Source of the DNA: Podarcis erhardii | Taxonomy: Eukaryota | Length of the DNA stretch: 64,000 nt | NCBI GenBank assembly: GCA_964252035.1 | Contig: OZ176206.1 | Reading direction: 5' to 3' (one strand) | In this document: in pieces, positions 1 to 12,537 of the stretch | How the letters are laid out: every line of letters begins with the position of its first letter | How positions within the stretch are numbered: position 1 is the stretch's first letter | Program-made: the position numbers and the translations under genes | The notes under the pieces: generated by a model | Told to the model about the DNA's origin: nothing | Seen by the model: only the letters and a program-made list of their open reading frames with translations | The model's database searches: none

Positions 1-357
1 GCAGAACATATGCTAGCAAAATGACCTTCAGAGGTGCTTGTGATGTATGACTCCCTCTACAATGGAGTACCTGTGATTTGATTCCCCTCCTGTCCTGTAA
101 CAGTGTCTCTAAGTAGTATAGCACTTTATTTCCCCTCTTATGTTTGCATGATGTGAATGTGCTTGAGATGCCATTGTCGTTGAAGCTGTGTTTGTTCCAG
201 TGCTCTGTTTTGACTATGTCTCAGAATGCAACCATTTTCTCCATAGATCCCAGTGGGAGCCACTTAGGTGACCCAGACTCAACATAGCCCTGCTTCTTCC
301 TCCCTCAAATCTTGCCCTAGTGGAACTGAAAAACTGGCTGATACATATACTTCTAAA

Positions 358-475
358 AAGTCTTCCTCAACCTGAAGCCAACCAGATGCTTTGGACTACA
401 ACTCCCATCATCCCTAGGTAGCAAGGCCATGCTGATTGGAGTTGTTTTCCAAAAGGTGTCAGGTTGGGAAGGCTG
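358..475. mobile_element. Degenerate hairpin hAT-type MITE (same family as 16514 and 28506)
   Basis: Core GGACTACAACTCCCATCATCCC with CTTCCTCAACCTG / CAGGTTGGGAAGG ends; no clear TSD. Confidence 0.6.
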
Positions 476-2429
476 GTTTTGAGATGAATTTTCAGCTATC
501 TTGCAGTAAGTCTACAACTTACACAAAGGTTACGTTCCCAGAATCACGGCTGAAGCAAAAATCACATATAGTCAAAACGTTAATAGGTTCAGTGGTGGGT
601 GGGATTGCCAAAGTCTTTTTTCTTGCCTCGTTTCCACTGCTTTTACTATTTTTTTTTGCCAAGTCTGTAGAGCTGAATGTGCACAAGTTAAATGCATGTA
701 AGTTGCAGGGTTATTGTAGTTGCAGCAAGCCGTACCCAGGTGTCCTTTTCCTGTCCCCTTAAGGGCTTGAGGGACTCTCAGCAGAGCTCTCTGGAGGCTT
801 TCAAAAGCCAGTTCTGCTAGATAACTAAATTTACTTTGGGGCTGAAATTGAGAAATTCTCCATTGCCTTTGTAGGCCTTTGTTTCCATATTTTCTACCCA
901 GCTTCTTATAGGGCAAATTCAGCTCTTCAGAGCACTAGCTAATCTGAGAATAATAGGTCACTAAACTTTATGGGCTTGGGGAAGAGGAAGAGAAGGACGT
1001 CTAAAACCTGTCTCTGGCAATTTGCTAGTATATGGCCATTTAATCTGTAATAGATTTACATGCTGCGAAGATGTAACTGGATGATTGAGATGTGAAATGA
1101 ATGAGTTTAATCCCCCGAATAGCATGATGGCGTGCCTCTTAATTTTGCCCCAAGTTTAAGTAATAAGAATGTAACTTAAAATATCATTATTAGTGACTTA
1201 TGTATCTCATTAGAATTTGAAATGTTGTCAGTATTTTCTGCGGTGGCTGGAGAGAGGTTATCACTCTTGAAATATTGAACCAATGACCTTAGTGATTCAC
1301 TTATGATGAAAGGCCCAATCTAACATTTTATTGAACATGATATTTGTGAAAAATGGAACTGCTCATTTCTATTACTTAATCAATAGCACATTAAGCCATT
1401 TATCACTAATTTGATTAAAGAAGGTCATTGCCAAGCTCGAAATTCCACTCCCTTCTCATCTACTTTAATTCTAATAACCAAGAGAGTGGAAAGAGACAGC
1501 AGTTGCTCAGGAAGGATGACTCTTCACCGGGCAATGCGTTCTCAGGAGCCAGGCAGGTCTGTCCAATTCCTTTGTCATTGAACCAAGACGTATGAATAAG
1601 AAACAGAAGAAATCTCTCGATTCCTGTTTGTCACCAGAAATGGCTCAAATCCCACTTTATGTATTAAAAACTGCAGTTTTTTGCTGATACGCTGTGTTTG
1701 TTCATGAGCGAGAGGATTAGCCTTATATGTGAAGCACCCTGACCTTCTGTTTCCGAGCTAAACAGCTCTGCATTGATCAAAAGGAGCAGGCAGAAGGCCT
1801 TTGGAAGTATATTGTTAGAATGCATTTGTGTGTTGAAAAAAGATCTGCCCCTATCGTTGCAAGTTAATCATTCAAACTTGTAAGCCTCTCTTTTGCTCTT
1901 GTACCTCCACGTGGGTAATCATGGTGAATTTCAAGGAATTTGGCTTGGTCTTTAGTAACAAATAGGCATTCTTTATAGTTCCAGAGTTTGCACCCTCGCC
2001 TTCACCTTGAAGGCTAGCAAATGTGCTTCTGCTGAGTTCCTCCCATCCCCATAGTGCCTTAGATGTTACTGTTGTTGCAATTCCAGTTGAAGTGTCCAAT
2101 GCAGTGCCTTCACCGAGGAATCAGTGTCACTTTACTTGACCTGATAATGTATGCAGCGTTGCAATGACTGGCTTCCTGCTCTCTTGTTCCCTGCCCATCC
2201 TGGCTAGTAAAAGCCTGTCAGGAAGGGTTGACCAGATGGGCCCAGGGTATGGTGAAGGCTTATTGACATAAGGGAGTGGTGCCGCTCCACTTAAGCAGGC
2301 GGTGGGTGGTGCGCCTGCTTCTGAAGAAACCCACCCTGGATCCTGTGGTTTATAACAATTACTACCCATAAAAAAATACCCCTTTCTTGGGTAAGGTGCT
2401 GGCCAAGAAGTGAGTTCCTGGAGGAATTA

Positions 2430-2908
2430 CCATATTTTTCCATGTATAAGATGACCCCATGTATAAGACGACCCCTATTTTTTTTTAACCCAAAATTAAG
2501 AAATTACGTTGTACTCTTTTGGGGAGTGGGGGAGGTCACTTCCGCCAATCACTCACCCGCCTGCCCACCACTGCTGATTGCTTGCCACAGCCACTGCTGA
2601 TCACACACCTCACCACAGCCGCCAATTGCCCACTTGCTGCCACCAACAGCCCACTTGCCGCAGCCACTAATCACCTGCCCACTTCGCCACAGCCTCCAAT
2701 CGCCTGCCTAGTTGCCACAGCCAATCACCAACAGGCCTTGCCGCAGTCACCAGTTAGCCGCCCAATCGCCGCTGCCAGTCTCCTGCTTGCTGCTGCCATT
2801 AATTGCACACCCTCTCTCTGCATTCACTATCCGTGTATAAGACGACACCCAATTTTTGCCTAATTTATTTATAGTAAAAAGCATTTTCTTACGCATGGAA
2901 AAATACGG
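2430..2908. mobile_element. Non-autonomous Tc1/mariner (Tc2/Kanga-like) DNA transposon, 479 bp
   Basis: 22-bp imperfect TIRs (CCATATTTTTCCATGTATAAGA / CCGTATTTTTCCATGCGTAAGA), TA target duplication on both sides, subterminal GTATAAGACGAC repeats. Confidence 0.8.
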
Positions 2909-3956
2909 TACCTGAATCCACTTCATTCTGCATTCAGGTGCTGTTTTGGAATTGAATCAGCTTTGGTCACCTGGATGGATAACCTGTATAGAGAGTGGGA
3001 CAGGGGGAATGCATTTCTGTTTCTGCTTCTTTGTCTCTCTCCACGGGTTTTGATACTAGACCAAGGCATCCTGCTGGACTGGCTCTGTGGGATGAGTATC
3101 AGGGGACACTGTTTTACACTAGTTCCACTCCTACCTAGAGGGTCTTTTCCAGAGAGTAGCATTGAGAGACTGTGTTTCAGCTCCACAGTCTTCATGCTGT
3201 GATGCACTACAAGGTACAATCTTGTCCCCAACGCTGTTTTACATTTATATGAAGCCTCTTGGGTGCAGCCATTAGGAGTTTTGGAGCTGACTCTTAGTTG
3301 CCACAGGCAAAAGACTGTTCACAAGCATGTCTCAAGCAGGGCCCTTACCCCTCCAGTGTCCCTTTCTGTGGCACAAGGGCCATAAAGGTTATGAGGCCCC
3401 TGAACCAGCACAACTTCTGAATCTTCATTGCCACTTGGAACAAAATCTTTGTTAATTATAGCCTGCTTTTTAGAACAAGGTGCATGCAAAATGGCTTGCA
3501 AAGATATAACACCAGTTTTAAATTATAAACTAGAATAAAACAAAAGAACAGCATTATAGTAGAACAGTTATTTTAAATTTTATGTTTCCCGGGGCAGAGC
3601 CCTGTTGTCTTGTGCTTTGTAAAGCCCCATACATGCTGATGGCACTTTTATCCAGAGTACTGGCTGGCTGAGCTTCCAGGAGGCTGTTGTAAGGAATACT
3701 GAGATAATTGTGAGTGCTTTGAATGCTCGAACTGTGCTACATAAATTATGATTATTAATGCCCCAGACTGGTGGTTTCTTGCACCATGCCAAGAGAAGCG
3801 GTCCTAGCAAATCATAGCTTCATTATGCTTCCCGATCTGCAGAACAGAACACGCCAGAGTGCGTCTGATGGGTTCCCGTTTCTGGGCAGATTTTTGAGAT
3901 GATAGCGGCTTAACTGCATTGATTGTGCTATAATTGGATTTCTTTTCTTCTCACAG

Positions 3957-4086
3957 GCCTCTCAGGAAGAGCTGAAAGCCGCCTACCGTAGGCTGTGTAT
4001 GCTGTACCATCCTGACAAGCACAGGGACCCAGAGCTCAAGAGGCAGGCCGAGCAGCTCTTCAACCTTCTCCATCAGGCTTATGAAG
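3957..4086 (+). CDS. DNAJC11: DNAJC11 exon 2 (J domain: [43 protein letters not shown])
   Basis: Acceptor ttctcacag, donor gtcagt, 130 nt, HPD motif. Confidence 0.97.
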
Positions 4087-4260
4087 GTCAGTGGATGCCG
4101 GAGATTCACAGCCATTCTCGGCTCAGCAGCTGCCAATGGATTTTCTAGCTTGGAATCCAGACAGCGAGTCTTTTTGCTGTTAAAGGCAGTAGCTGGTTTT
4201 TGCCATTTTCATATGAGAGAATCAATACCTGGACTATCAGTTTTTGACAAATGAGTCGTT

Positions 4261-4441
4261 GGAAGGGCTGTAGTTCAGTGGTAGAGCATCTCCTATATGT
4301 GGTGGGTCTCAGGTTCGGTTCCTGGCATCTCCAGGTCGGGCTGGGAGAGAAACCTGCCTGAAACCCCAGAGAGCTGCTGCCAGTCAGTGTAGCCGATACT
4401 GAGCTAGATGAAGCATTGGCCCGATTCAGTATGTTCCTATG
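4261..4441 (+). mobile_element. tRNA-Ala-like-headed squamate SINE
   Basis: GTAGTTCAGTGGTAGAGCA A-box, GGTTCGGTTCC B-box, shared body and an ATGTTCCTATG tail. Confidence 0.8.
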
Positions 4442-7400
4442 AGTGAACATATATGTGGTTTTGGTGGGTCCCAAGGATATACACTAACAAGCCAATAAAG
4501 ATTCTGACCACGGAGTCTCATTCTATGAGTATGACATGGGAGGGTTTTGAAGTGACCACCTCTTAATGCCAGCAAGTCAATCCTCTTTTCTAGTAGCGAA
4601 CTAGACTAGAAAGCCAGGAGTAAGACTGAAGAAGCATGCTTCTCTAGGCAGCTTCCAGTCTAACCTCTCTGTGCAGCAGCCGACACCAGTTTTTCGCTTT
4701 CAGCTTGGTAGGGCCATGCAGTGCTTGAACAAAGATGCTGCTAACTTGCGCAGTCAGTTGCCTTCCTCATACCACTCGCCAATCCAACAGCTCTGAGGCT
4801 TCCATATGTAGGATCAGCGATCCTCTGCCGCACATGAGCCAGCATTTTGTCATTATGGGACAGAATCTCAACACACATGGTTGGTAGGAGGCAGGCTGTG
4901 TCAGAATGTCTGCATCAAGTTGGTGGAGGACTTTTTGCTCTGTGGGCAGGGAGCAGCATTTCCCAGGAGATCTTCAGCTGAATCTCAAGAGCGTGGAGTA
5001 AGCAGGGTGAGGAAACACCAACTTTCCCCAGAGGTACTTTCATCCTTGTTCCCTTGCTATATGGGCAACTCCTCATTTGCACAGAGGTTTTATTCCGGGT
5101 CTTTGCGCATGTTGGTGGAGCGCGCATAAGCCAAAGGGCCAGAAAACACGTACATTGGCGGTCATGTGCCAATTGAACACACACAAAATGTCGCTGCCTA
5201 TACTAATCCCTCTGTTGCTTGACAGATTCCTAGGGACACCACCCTTCAAATCATGTGGTTTTCTCTTGACCACCCCAGAACTGTGTGTTTATGCACCAAA
5301 AGTATATCTCCCTGGTCCAAGGGAGGCTTCATGTCCCAAGCCCCCTTCTGAGGTCCTGGGACAGTTTTTATAAAGCTGAAAGCACTGTTTAAAGATTATA
5401 ACCCTGAACGAGTATAGTCCAAAGACAGGTATATTTATATATTCTTCAGCACCCCACCTTCCTTCCAGCAGCTTGGTGCAGAGAACATAAGTGTCATGCT
5501 GTAGGGCTATTGCAAGGTTAAAGTCCAGTGCTTTTGTCAGCTGCACCACACTGGTTTTCTTGTTACACCCTTCCATGTCTTGGCACCAATTGGAGATCAG
5601 TGCAATAGGTGCTGATGGCAGCCTTGCACGGGCAAGCAGACTCTAGTCCACAAAAGCTGGTGCCTCAGTGGATCTCTTTAAGTCTTTAAGGTGTTGGAGA
5701 ATTCATGTTTGTGCTCGTTGTAACAGAACTAGCACTCTGCTCTTTTGGGATTTGCTGCAAGCCACGGGCAGGGAGGCTCTGCTCTGTAATCAAACATGGT
5801 CCATGAGGTTGCTCTGGCTGAATGACTGCCACCTGCCCTAAACTTGGCAACCTGTGTGATTTTTGACAGGTGGACCAGAAAGGGGATTGCGGACGCTGCC
5901 TGTTAGCAGCACCCACTATCACACACAGTACTTCGCAGGCTTTGGCTATCTGCTCATGGTGAGGTCTTGCAGAGTGCAGTGGTTTGATTTCAAACCACAT
6001 GAGCTAAAATGGGTCACCTGATGTCATGCCAGTGGTTGGCAACTGGGTGACCGCACCTTCCTGCTGAAGTGTGGTCTGCAAGGGGATAGGGGAGATAATG
6101 CTCTGGTCCCCTGTTCAGATCCAATTCCACACCCCTGTTGTAAGCAGTCAGCCGAGCATGCTCAGCAAGGACCTCGGAACCCTTTGCAAGGTGAGAGCTT
6201 TCTGTTAGACAGGCAGCAGAACTGAAGTTGGGGGAGGCCTTCAAGGTTACCCAGATTTCCACTTAGCATTAGAACATAGTCTGCCCACCCCACTGACTCC
6301 CTGTTATGTGCAACTGCAACCGCATCCTCCTTTTCTTATCTAGAGCTGCCTTGTGAGTACCAGATTCCTTGGTGAGCTCTTTTGGTGGCAGATGCAGGGA
6401 TGATGTGTAATTGCAGAATAGGGGCATTGGGTTTTTTTTCTTTAGTTTTTGTTTCTTATTTTGCTCGGCACAAAAAATAGACAGAAGTTCATGATGTGGA
6501 AAGGAAATGTAAAAAAAATCCAACTGTGTCAGCACTGAAATAGTCATCTGAAGCAGTCGTAACTGTAAGTGCTTCTCATCAGGCTGGTTTTGCTTCCCAT
6601 GAAGGATTACAGGGGAGATGAGAATTTCTTCCACCAGCGAAAGTATGGGCTATAATTCACTCGAGATGCTGTTTGCTATGCTTGGCATGCAATTCTCCTA
6701 TAATTAGACTTAACTAAGTATAGAAGAAGATGTTCCTCTCCGAAATAAAGACTTTCCCCAATCTGCTGTAAAAGCTTATCTCTTATCTCAGTTTGCCGGG
6801 GGTGGGGGTTGTTGCCAAAAAAATTAGATGTTAATAGCCATCAGGAAACTCTGGAGTGTGTTGGGTGATAAATCTGCATAGTCAAGATAATGCAATCTCT
6901 CCAGATTCTCAGCTCTGCAGTCACAGGCAGATGGGCTGTGTGTGTTTCCGCTCCGCCTTTCATTGAAACTGTTGCCCTTTTGATTATATTCTGTTATCTG
7001 GGTTTGGTTGAATGAATCTTGCATGCGTCTGAATTATTGATAGTTTGTTTGCAGCATTTTTTGAAATTTGGGGAGAAGTAACTGAAACTTAAGTGAATTA
7101 GGAGCTTGCAGGATTCTACCCCCCACCCCAGTAGAAAAACTGCAGCACCAGCAGTCCTCGTCGCCCAGCAGTTTGGCCCAAAGGGAAGCTAAAGTGAAAT
7201 GGTGAATAAATGATTTCTTATTAAATCCCAGAGATTAGCTAAAGAAATTTGGTTCTGGTGTTTTCTGAATGGTCAGCATTCCTTTCCTCCCATTAGGCTT
7301 CGACGTGGGCGGAATCGTTTACAGCGTTCTTAATTAGGCCTTGTGATGCATGGGAACACGCTTGAAGAGCGGGAGGGAAATCCAGCAGAGACCTTGAAAT

Positions 7401-7787
7401 GGGTGATGTCTGTGTAGGGGGAAATCCTCAACCCTTTGCATTCCAAGAGTTGTGCTTTGAAAAATCTGTTCTAGAAACACGCTTGGCATTCTCCTGCGAA
7501 GAGGTCCTGCCTCCCAGCTTGTTTTCTAGGTGCATGCATTTAAAAATGTAAATCTAGGTATGCAAAGAGGTGTGTCACATAGGCATATTTGGCAGTGAGC
7601 TTGAGGTGGCCACATTGTCTTTGTGGAATGTGTGTTTGGTGACTTGGTTTTAGGTTTCCTGAAAATGTATTTGGAAGGTGCTGGAGAGTATGTATATGTG
7701 TGCATGTGTGTGTGTGTGCGTGTACTTCTGTCTGAACTCTGCTTTGACTGCGGCATGCTCTGAACATGTTTTGGTTTTGATTTTCAG

Positions 7788-7861
7788 TGCTCAGTGACCC
7801 ACAGACGAGAGCCATCTATGACATATATGGAAAGAGAGGCCTCGAAATGGAAGGATGGGAG
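7788..7861 (+). CDS. DNAJC11: DNAJC11 exon 3 ([25 protein letters not shown])
   Basis: Acceptor ttttcag, donor gtaaga, 74 nt. Confidence 0.97.
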
Positions 7862-8889
7862 GTAAGACCATTGCAGCCAGATAGAACCTGCAAGTTGTTC
7901 AGTCTCGGAATCCTCTCAGCCACTTTCATTGGTGTTGTTTGGGCTATACGTGAGAAACTAAAGGTGCATGCAAAGACTCCTGTGCCCATGTTACTCAGGA
8001 CAAGCTCAGGCTTTCACCTCTGACAGTTGATGCCCTTCTCTATCCAGTAGAAAATCCTTTCCTGCTCTCCAGCTTGGACATCAAGCTGATCCAACATTAA
8101 CTGAGAAGTGACTTTTGAGTTTCTTCAGTGTGGCAATTCTGTGGTGTTTAAACAACAGAAGAAATCAAAACCTGCCACTGCTTAATTGGTCACTCTTTCC
8201 CTCTGCTCCATTGAGTGTGTTGAAGCAATGTTTGTTTTACCCTTGGTTTGGGGGTACAGTCACTCTGAGCCTGGAAATGTGGTGCTGTGGATAGAGAGGC
8301 TCCCAACTCCCTGAAGAGGAGCTTGGCCACAGAGTGCATCAATCCTACCCCACCCTCATTTATCCTAGGAAGTTGGCCATTGGGTAGGAGTGCAAAGAGG
8401 CAACTTTACACACCTACGTGCAAATGCATCCTAAACAGCCTATATTCCCTCAGCTGTGTGATGGAAAATGGATACAAAACCAAGCATTTTAAGAAACTGG
8501 AAGCATGGTTAAAGGCAGAGTTGGCTGCTTGGTTTCTCATTCATCAGGGTCGTAGCCTAAGATCTAATGGTGATAAGAACATCTGTTGACTTCACTGCCT
8601 TCATTGTTAGGTACACAAAGTGCCCCCCCCTCCATATTTACTCAGAGATGTTATACTGTACAGGAATAGTGCCCCATAGATAAAAACAAGCTTCATCGCA
8701 TGACTCATACTCTGATGTCAAACCTAACCAGCAGAGCTTGTTTTATGGAGCCACCATCAAGGCTGGTTCTGTGTTCCTGCAGCTGCAGGATGAATTGTTT
8801 AATATAGATCCTGCTCTACTTCAGTAATAGCTTTCACTCTGGGGAGTCAGTTGGTGTTACTTTTTAAAACATCTACCAATATTCTCCAT

Positions 8890-9089
8890 GGGGAAGGGAC
8901 GGAGCTCAGGGGTAGAGAATCTGCCTTGCATGCAGAAGGGCCCAGGTTCAATCCCTGGCATCTCCAGGTAGGCTTGGGAGAGACTGCTGCCTGAAACTTT
9001 GGAAAACCGCTCCCAATTGGTGTAGACAGTACTGAGCTAGGTGGACCAGTTATCTGATTCAGTATAAGGCAACTTCCTGTACTCCTGTG
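8890..9089 (+). mobile_element. tRNA-Ala-like-headed squamate SINE
   Basis: Same family: TTGCATGCAGAAGG.CCCAGGTTCAATCCCTGGCATCTCCAGG. Confidence 0.85.
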
Positions 9090-11099
9090 CTCAGAGCCCT
9101 CAAGCTTTCTTGCCTTTTGCTTCTTTCCTGTCAATGTTGGTATAGTTGCTGGTGAAAGGGGTGAGGAAGGGGTCTGCGTGGAGCAGCAGCAGGGCTGTGT
9201 GTGAGGGGCCTGGGGTGGTAATCGTCTCTATTATGGCTTATTTGTTATGTAGTGCAAATTCTTAGCCTCTCACTCTTGATCCCCCTGCCTTCAAGAGCAT
9301 TTGGGCTGGTACCTTCAAGATCATTTGGGCTGGTTATTATGGACTAAGTTCCTGAAATTGCTAAGTGTCGTACAGAATTTGAAAGTTAACTATTTAAAAT
9401 TAGCAGCTTTGGGGGAGGAAAGGGAGGGAGAATCAATCAGGGAGAGAGAAAAGGGCACGGGGGAGTTGAGAGTGCTGTTTTAGTCTGGACAAGAAGTTTG
9501 GGCCCTGTATAGCAAAGGCCCCAGAGAGGAACCAACAGAGAGAGAAGGTTGCTCTAAATGAGCATTGAATGTGGAGACACTGGAAAGTACATACAGTACA
9601 AGGAGCTTAAAGTGGAGGCGTGAAGAGAGGGGAATGTAGTTGCTGGAACAAAACTTGGGTGGCAATACCATCTAAACAATGAGCAGGAAATGTCATGAGA
9701 ACGTAAGAAGAGCCTTGCTGCTGAATAAGGCCAAGGGCCCATCTAGTCCTTATCCCCCTTTTAAGAGCATCCATGTTTGCGGCTAGCACTGCATCTTGTG
9801 AGAGCAAATTCTGGATCTTATTATTTCCCTATAATTCTATTTATCCTTCCATTTTATTTGAAGCATTTGCAATCTACCCTTCACCTCAAGGTCCCAGAAT
9901 AGAGAATACGTATGTATGGGGGGGGGGGAATTGCAACAATAATACACCAGAAAGAATGCTACACTGATAATATGATTTATCATAAAATGACAGAACAGTA
10001 GCAGCAGCAAAAATAGTCACACTCAGAATACTGGAAGTGTTTCTTAAATATTGCGTGTAACAGTTTCAAAGCTTTGTTAAGTTGTCTTTACATTTCCTCA
10101 CCCTTTAAAAACTTGCAATTATAATCTGGCATTTTTCCCTCGCTAGTTTTCAGTAGCAAACTAACAGCCCCCGCTCCCAGTCTGCTGCCGTTTAGATTGT
10201 AAGCTAGTGGACAGACTTGAATCTATGCCTAGCTGCTGAGGCAGTAAACAATGGTGGTGAAAGACAAAGGATGTGGCCCCCAGTTTGTGTGCAGATAACC
10301 CTGGTTGTGTCTGTTCGGCTTACAGCAAACCTCCCTCCCAGGCTTGCTTAGCTCACATGGTGTCTGAGAGGTGAAAAAGCCACTTTTGGAGAACGGACCC
10401 AGATACAACATGTAACAAATAAGAACAAATCGAAAGCCTGTTTTTAAAAAGTATCCAGTAAAACCACTGCATTGAACATGGAAGACGGATCAAGCTCTTG
10501 CTGGCCTCATTGGGATGCCAAGGGGCAGGTGTTCTTGACCTTGCAGTTAGCCCTGTCAGATGTGTTTGGAATGCGCAACTTGCTCTATAATCTGATGCCT
10601 AGAAATTGAGTGAATGGAGACCCTTGGAGCCATTTTTTTGCTTCCTCCTGCCACAAGGAATGTCAGAGATAAAGTAATTTAAAGTCATTAATTCAGGTTT
10701 GCAGAGGTTAAGCGGTTCGGATTCTCCACAACAAATCTCACCCCTTCTGGCCTTGCCAGACTCAGCTGATTTAATCCCCTCGTTTCCATCAAATAGTTTT
10801 AGAACCTGGTATTGGGGGGTAGGGAGAATGGATGTGATTTCTTCCCCAAACTCAGGCCTCTTAAAAGTTTCTGCTACAACCTGTCTTCAGAGTTGGTAGC
10901 CTCTGCAGCCAAGGAAATGTTTCTGTTCCGGGGGAAATTACATTTCCATGGCACTCAGAATGCAACTCCTTCCTTAGGAAAGGCAAATCTCCACCTGTCA
11001 AATAAAGCTGTTGTGGCCTTGGTTGCTGTCTTAAGAAACGGCTAGCTTAGGCAGTCTTATAGGTACATGTTTAGAGAGTTAACCTTGTGTAGTGACTAA

Positions 11100-11210
11100 G
11101 GGTTGTATCCAACCAAATTCTACTCGGAGTAGGGCATTGAAATTAATGGACTTAAGCTTAGTTGTATGCAGTGGGCCTCCTCTGTGTAGGGCTAGCCTTG
11201 GATACAACCC
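11100..11210. mobile_element. Short palindromic MITE-like element, superfamily uncertain
   Basis: 13-bp perfect TIR GGGTTGTATCCAA / TTGGATACAACCC; TSD not clear. Confidence 0.6.
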
Positions 11211-11404
11211 AATTTAACCTTTGCCATGAACTCACTTGGTCCCTTTAGACAAGCCCCACCAGCAGCAGCAGCCGCAGGCATGCCACATCTGCAATATTGG
11301 GGAAGATAGTATTGATGTCACTTGTGGGGTTGTACAGATTCCTGAGAAAATGTAGATGAAGCACTTTAAACATCAGAAACTGCCTTAGATAGTATGTATA
11401 TGTG

Positions 11405-11517
11405 GCTCAGTATTGTCTACACCAACTGGCAGCAGCTCTCCTGGAGATGCCAGGGGTTAAACCTGTGACATTCTGCATGCAAAGCAGATGCTCTGCCACT
11501 GAGTTATGATACTTTCC
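11405..11517 (-). mobile_element. tRNA-Ala-like-headed SINE, internally deleted
   Basis: Reverse complement of the head plus a body fragment. Confidence 0.7.
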
Positions 11518-12314
11518 TCTTTAAAATACTCTAAAAAGTGAGGATTGTTATCACAAGTGCAAAACCCCCGGTGCCTGTGAAATTGGCCTTGTGCTGCTGG
11601 CCTTAGATTCACTTATGTTTATACCCTACCTTCCTTCCATGCTAGAACATAGGGAGGTGCATTTGGGGACATGTGGTGGTTTCCCATACATGAACTGACT
11701 GGATCCAGACCTGTTGAGCTTCAGCAAAGCAACCTCATGTTTGAATGCACTCGTGTGCTGCCATTATTGTAATTTTTGCCTGCTTTGTCATTTATGGCCT
11801 GAAAGACAAAAAAAGTTGCTGGTGTAAGATGGATTCTTAGGAAACTGAAGAACCTCAACTTACTGCTTGCAATTCATTTATCTGGGTGCCAGCATATCCT
11901 GCACTGAGCAGTTGTTTCTCTTTGGAATGGTGCTCCTTGTTTTGTTATATTATGCTGGTACACTGTCAGTTCAATGGACATCATGTTTTGTGTGGGCTCC
12001 CTACTAGGGTTGCCAGGGTTTCATATTGCATGCATTTGTTTTTACGAAGCGCCAGGAGTGTAACTGGTAACTCTAAATAAAACAATAAAAGCTCTGTGCT
12101 TTTGTCTAGGAGGGAACGACACAGAAAGAGAGAGAATGTTGCAGCGTGAAGAAAGGAAACAGAAAGCCCTTCCGAGCCTGCCTGTCTATAGAGAATTAAA
12201 AGCCCTCGAGCGTTTCCAGTTGCATCTCTGATTAAACGCCCCACAGTTGTTTGTTTGTTTGCTGGCTGTCCTGCTGCCAAATAACCTCTAAATGCTTGAT
12301 TCCTTCTCCCGCAG

Positions 12315-12416
12315 GTGGTGGAAAGGAGGAGGACGCCTGCTGAGATCAGGGAGGAATTTGAGCGTTTGCAGAGAGAGAGGGAAGAGAGGAGGCTTCAGCA
12401 GCGGACTAACCCCAAG
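12315..12416 (+). CDS. DNAJC11: DNAJC11 exon 4 ([34 protein letters not shown])
   Basis: Acceptor ctcccgcag, donor gtaaaa, 102 nt. Confidence 0.97.
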
Positions 12417-12480
12417 GTAAAAGGCTAGAGTGCCCTCTTGGCCTGGAGGAAGTATTCCTGAGATAGCAGGTGCTGGGAGC

Positions 12481-12537
12481 TTGTGTGTGTGTGTGTGTGT
12501 GTGTGTCTGTGTCTGTGTCTGTGTCTGTGTCTGTGTC
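12481..12537. repeat. (GT)n-(GTCTGT)n compound microsatellite
   Basis: Direct reading. Confidence 0.95.

Noticed and set aside
4261-4335. tRNA-like sequences (also at 8890, 22270, 46870 and 58570)
   Set aside because: These are SINE heads with broken stems, each followed by a SINE body or LINE-derived tail. They are not functional tRNA genes.
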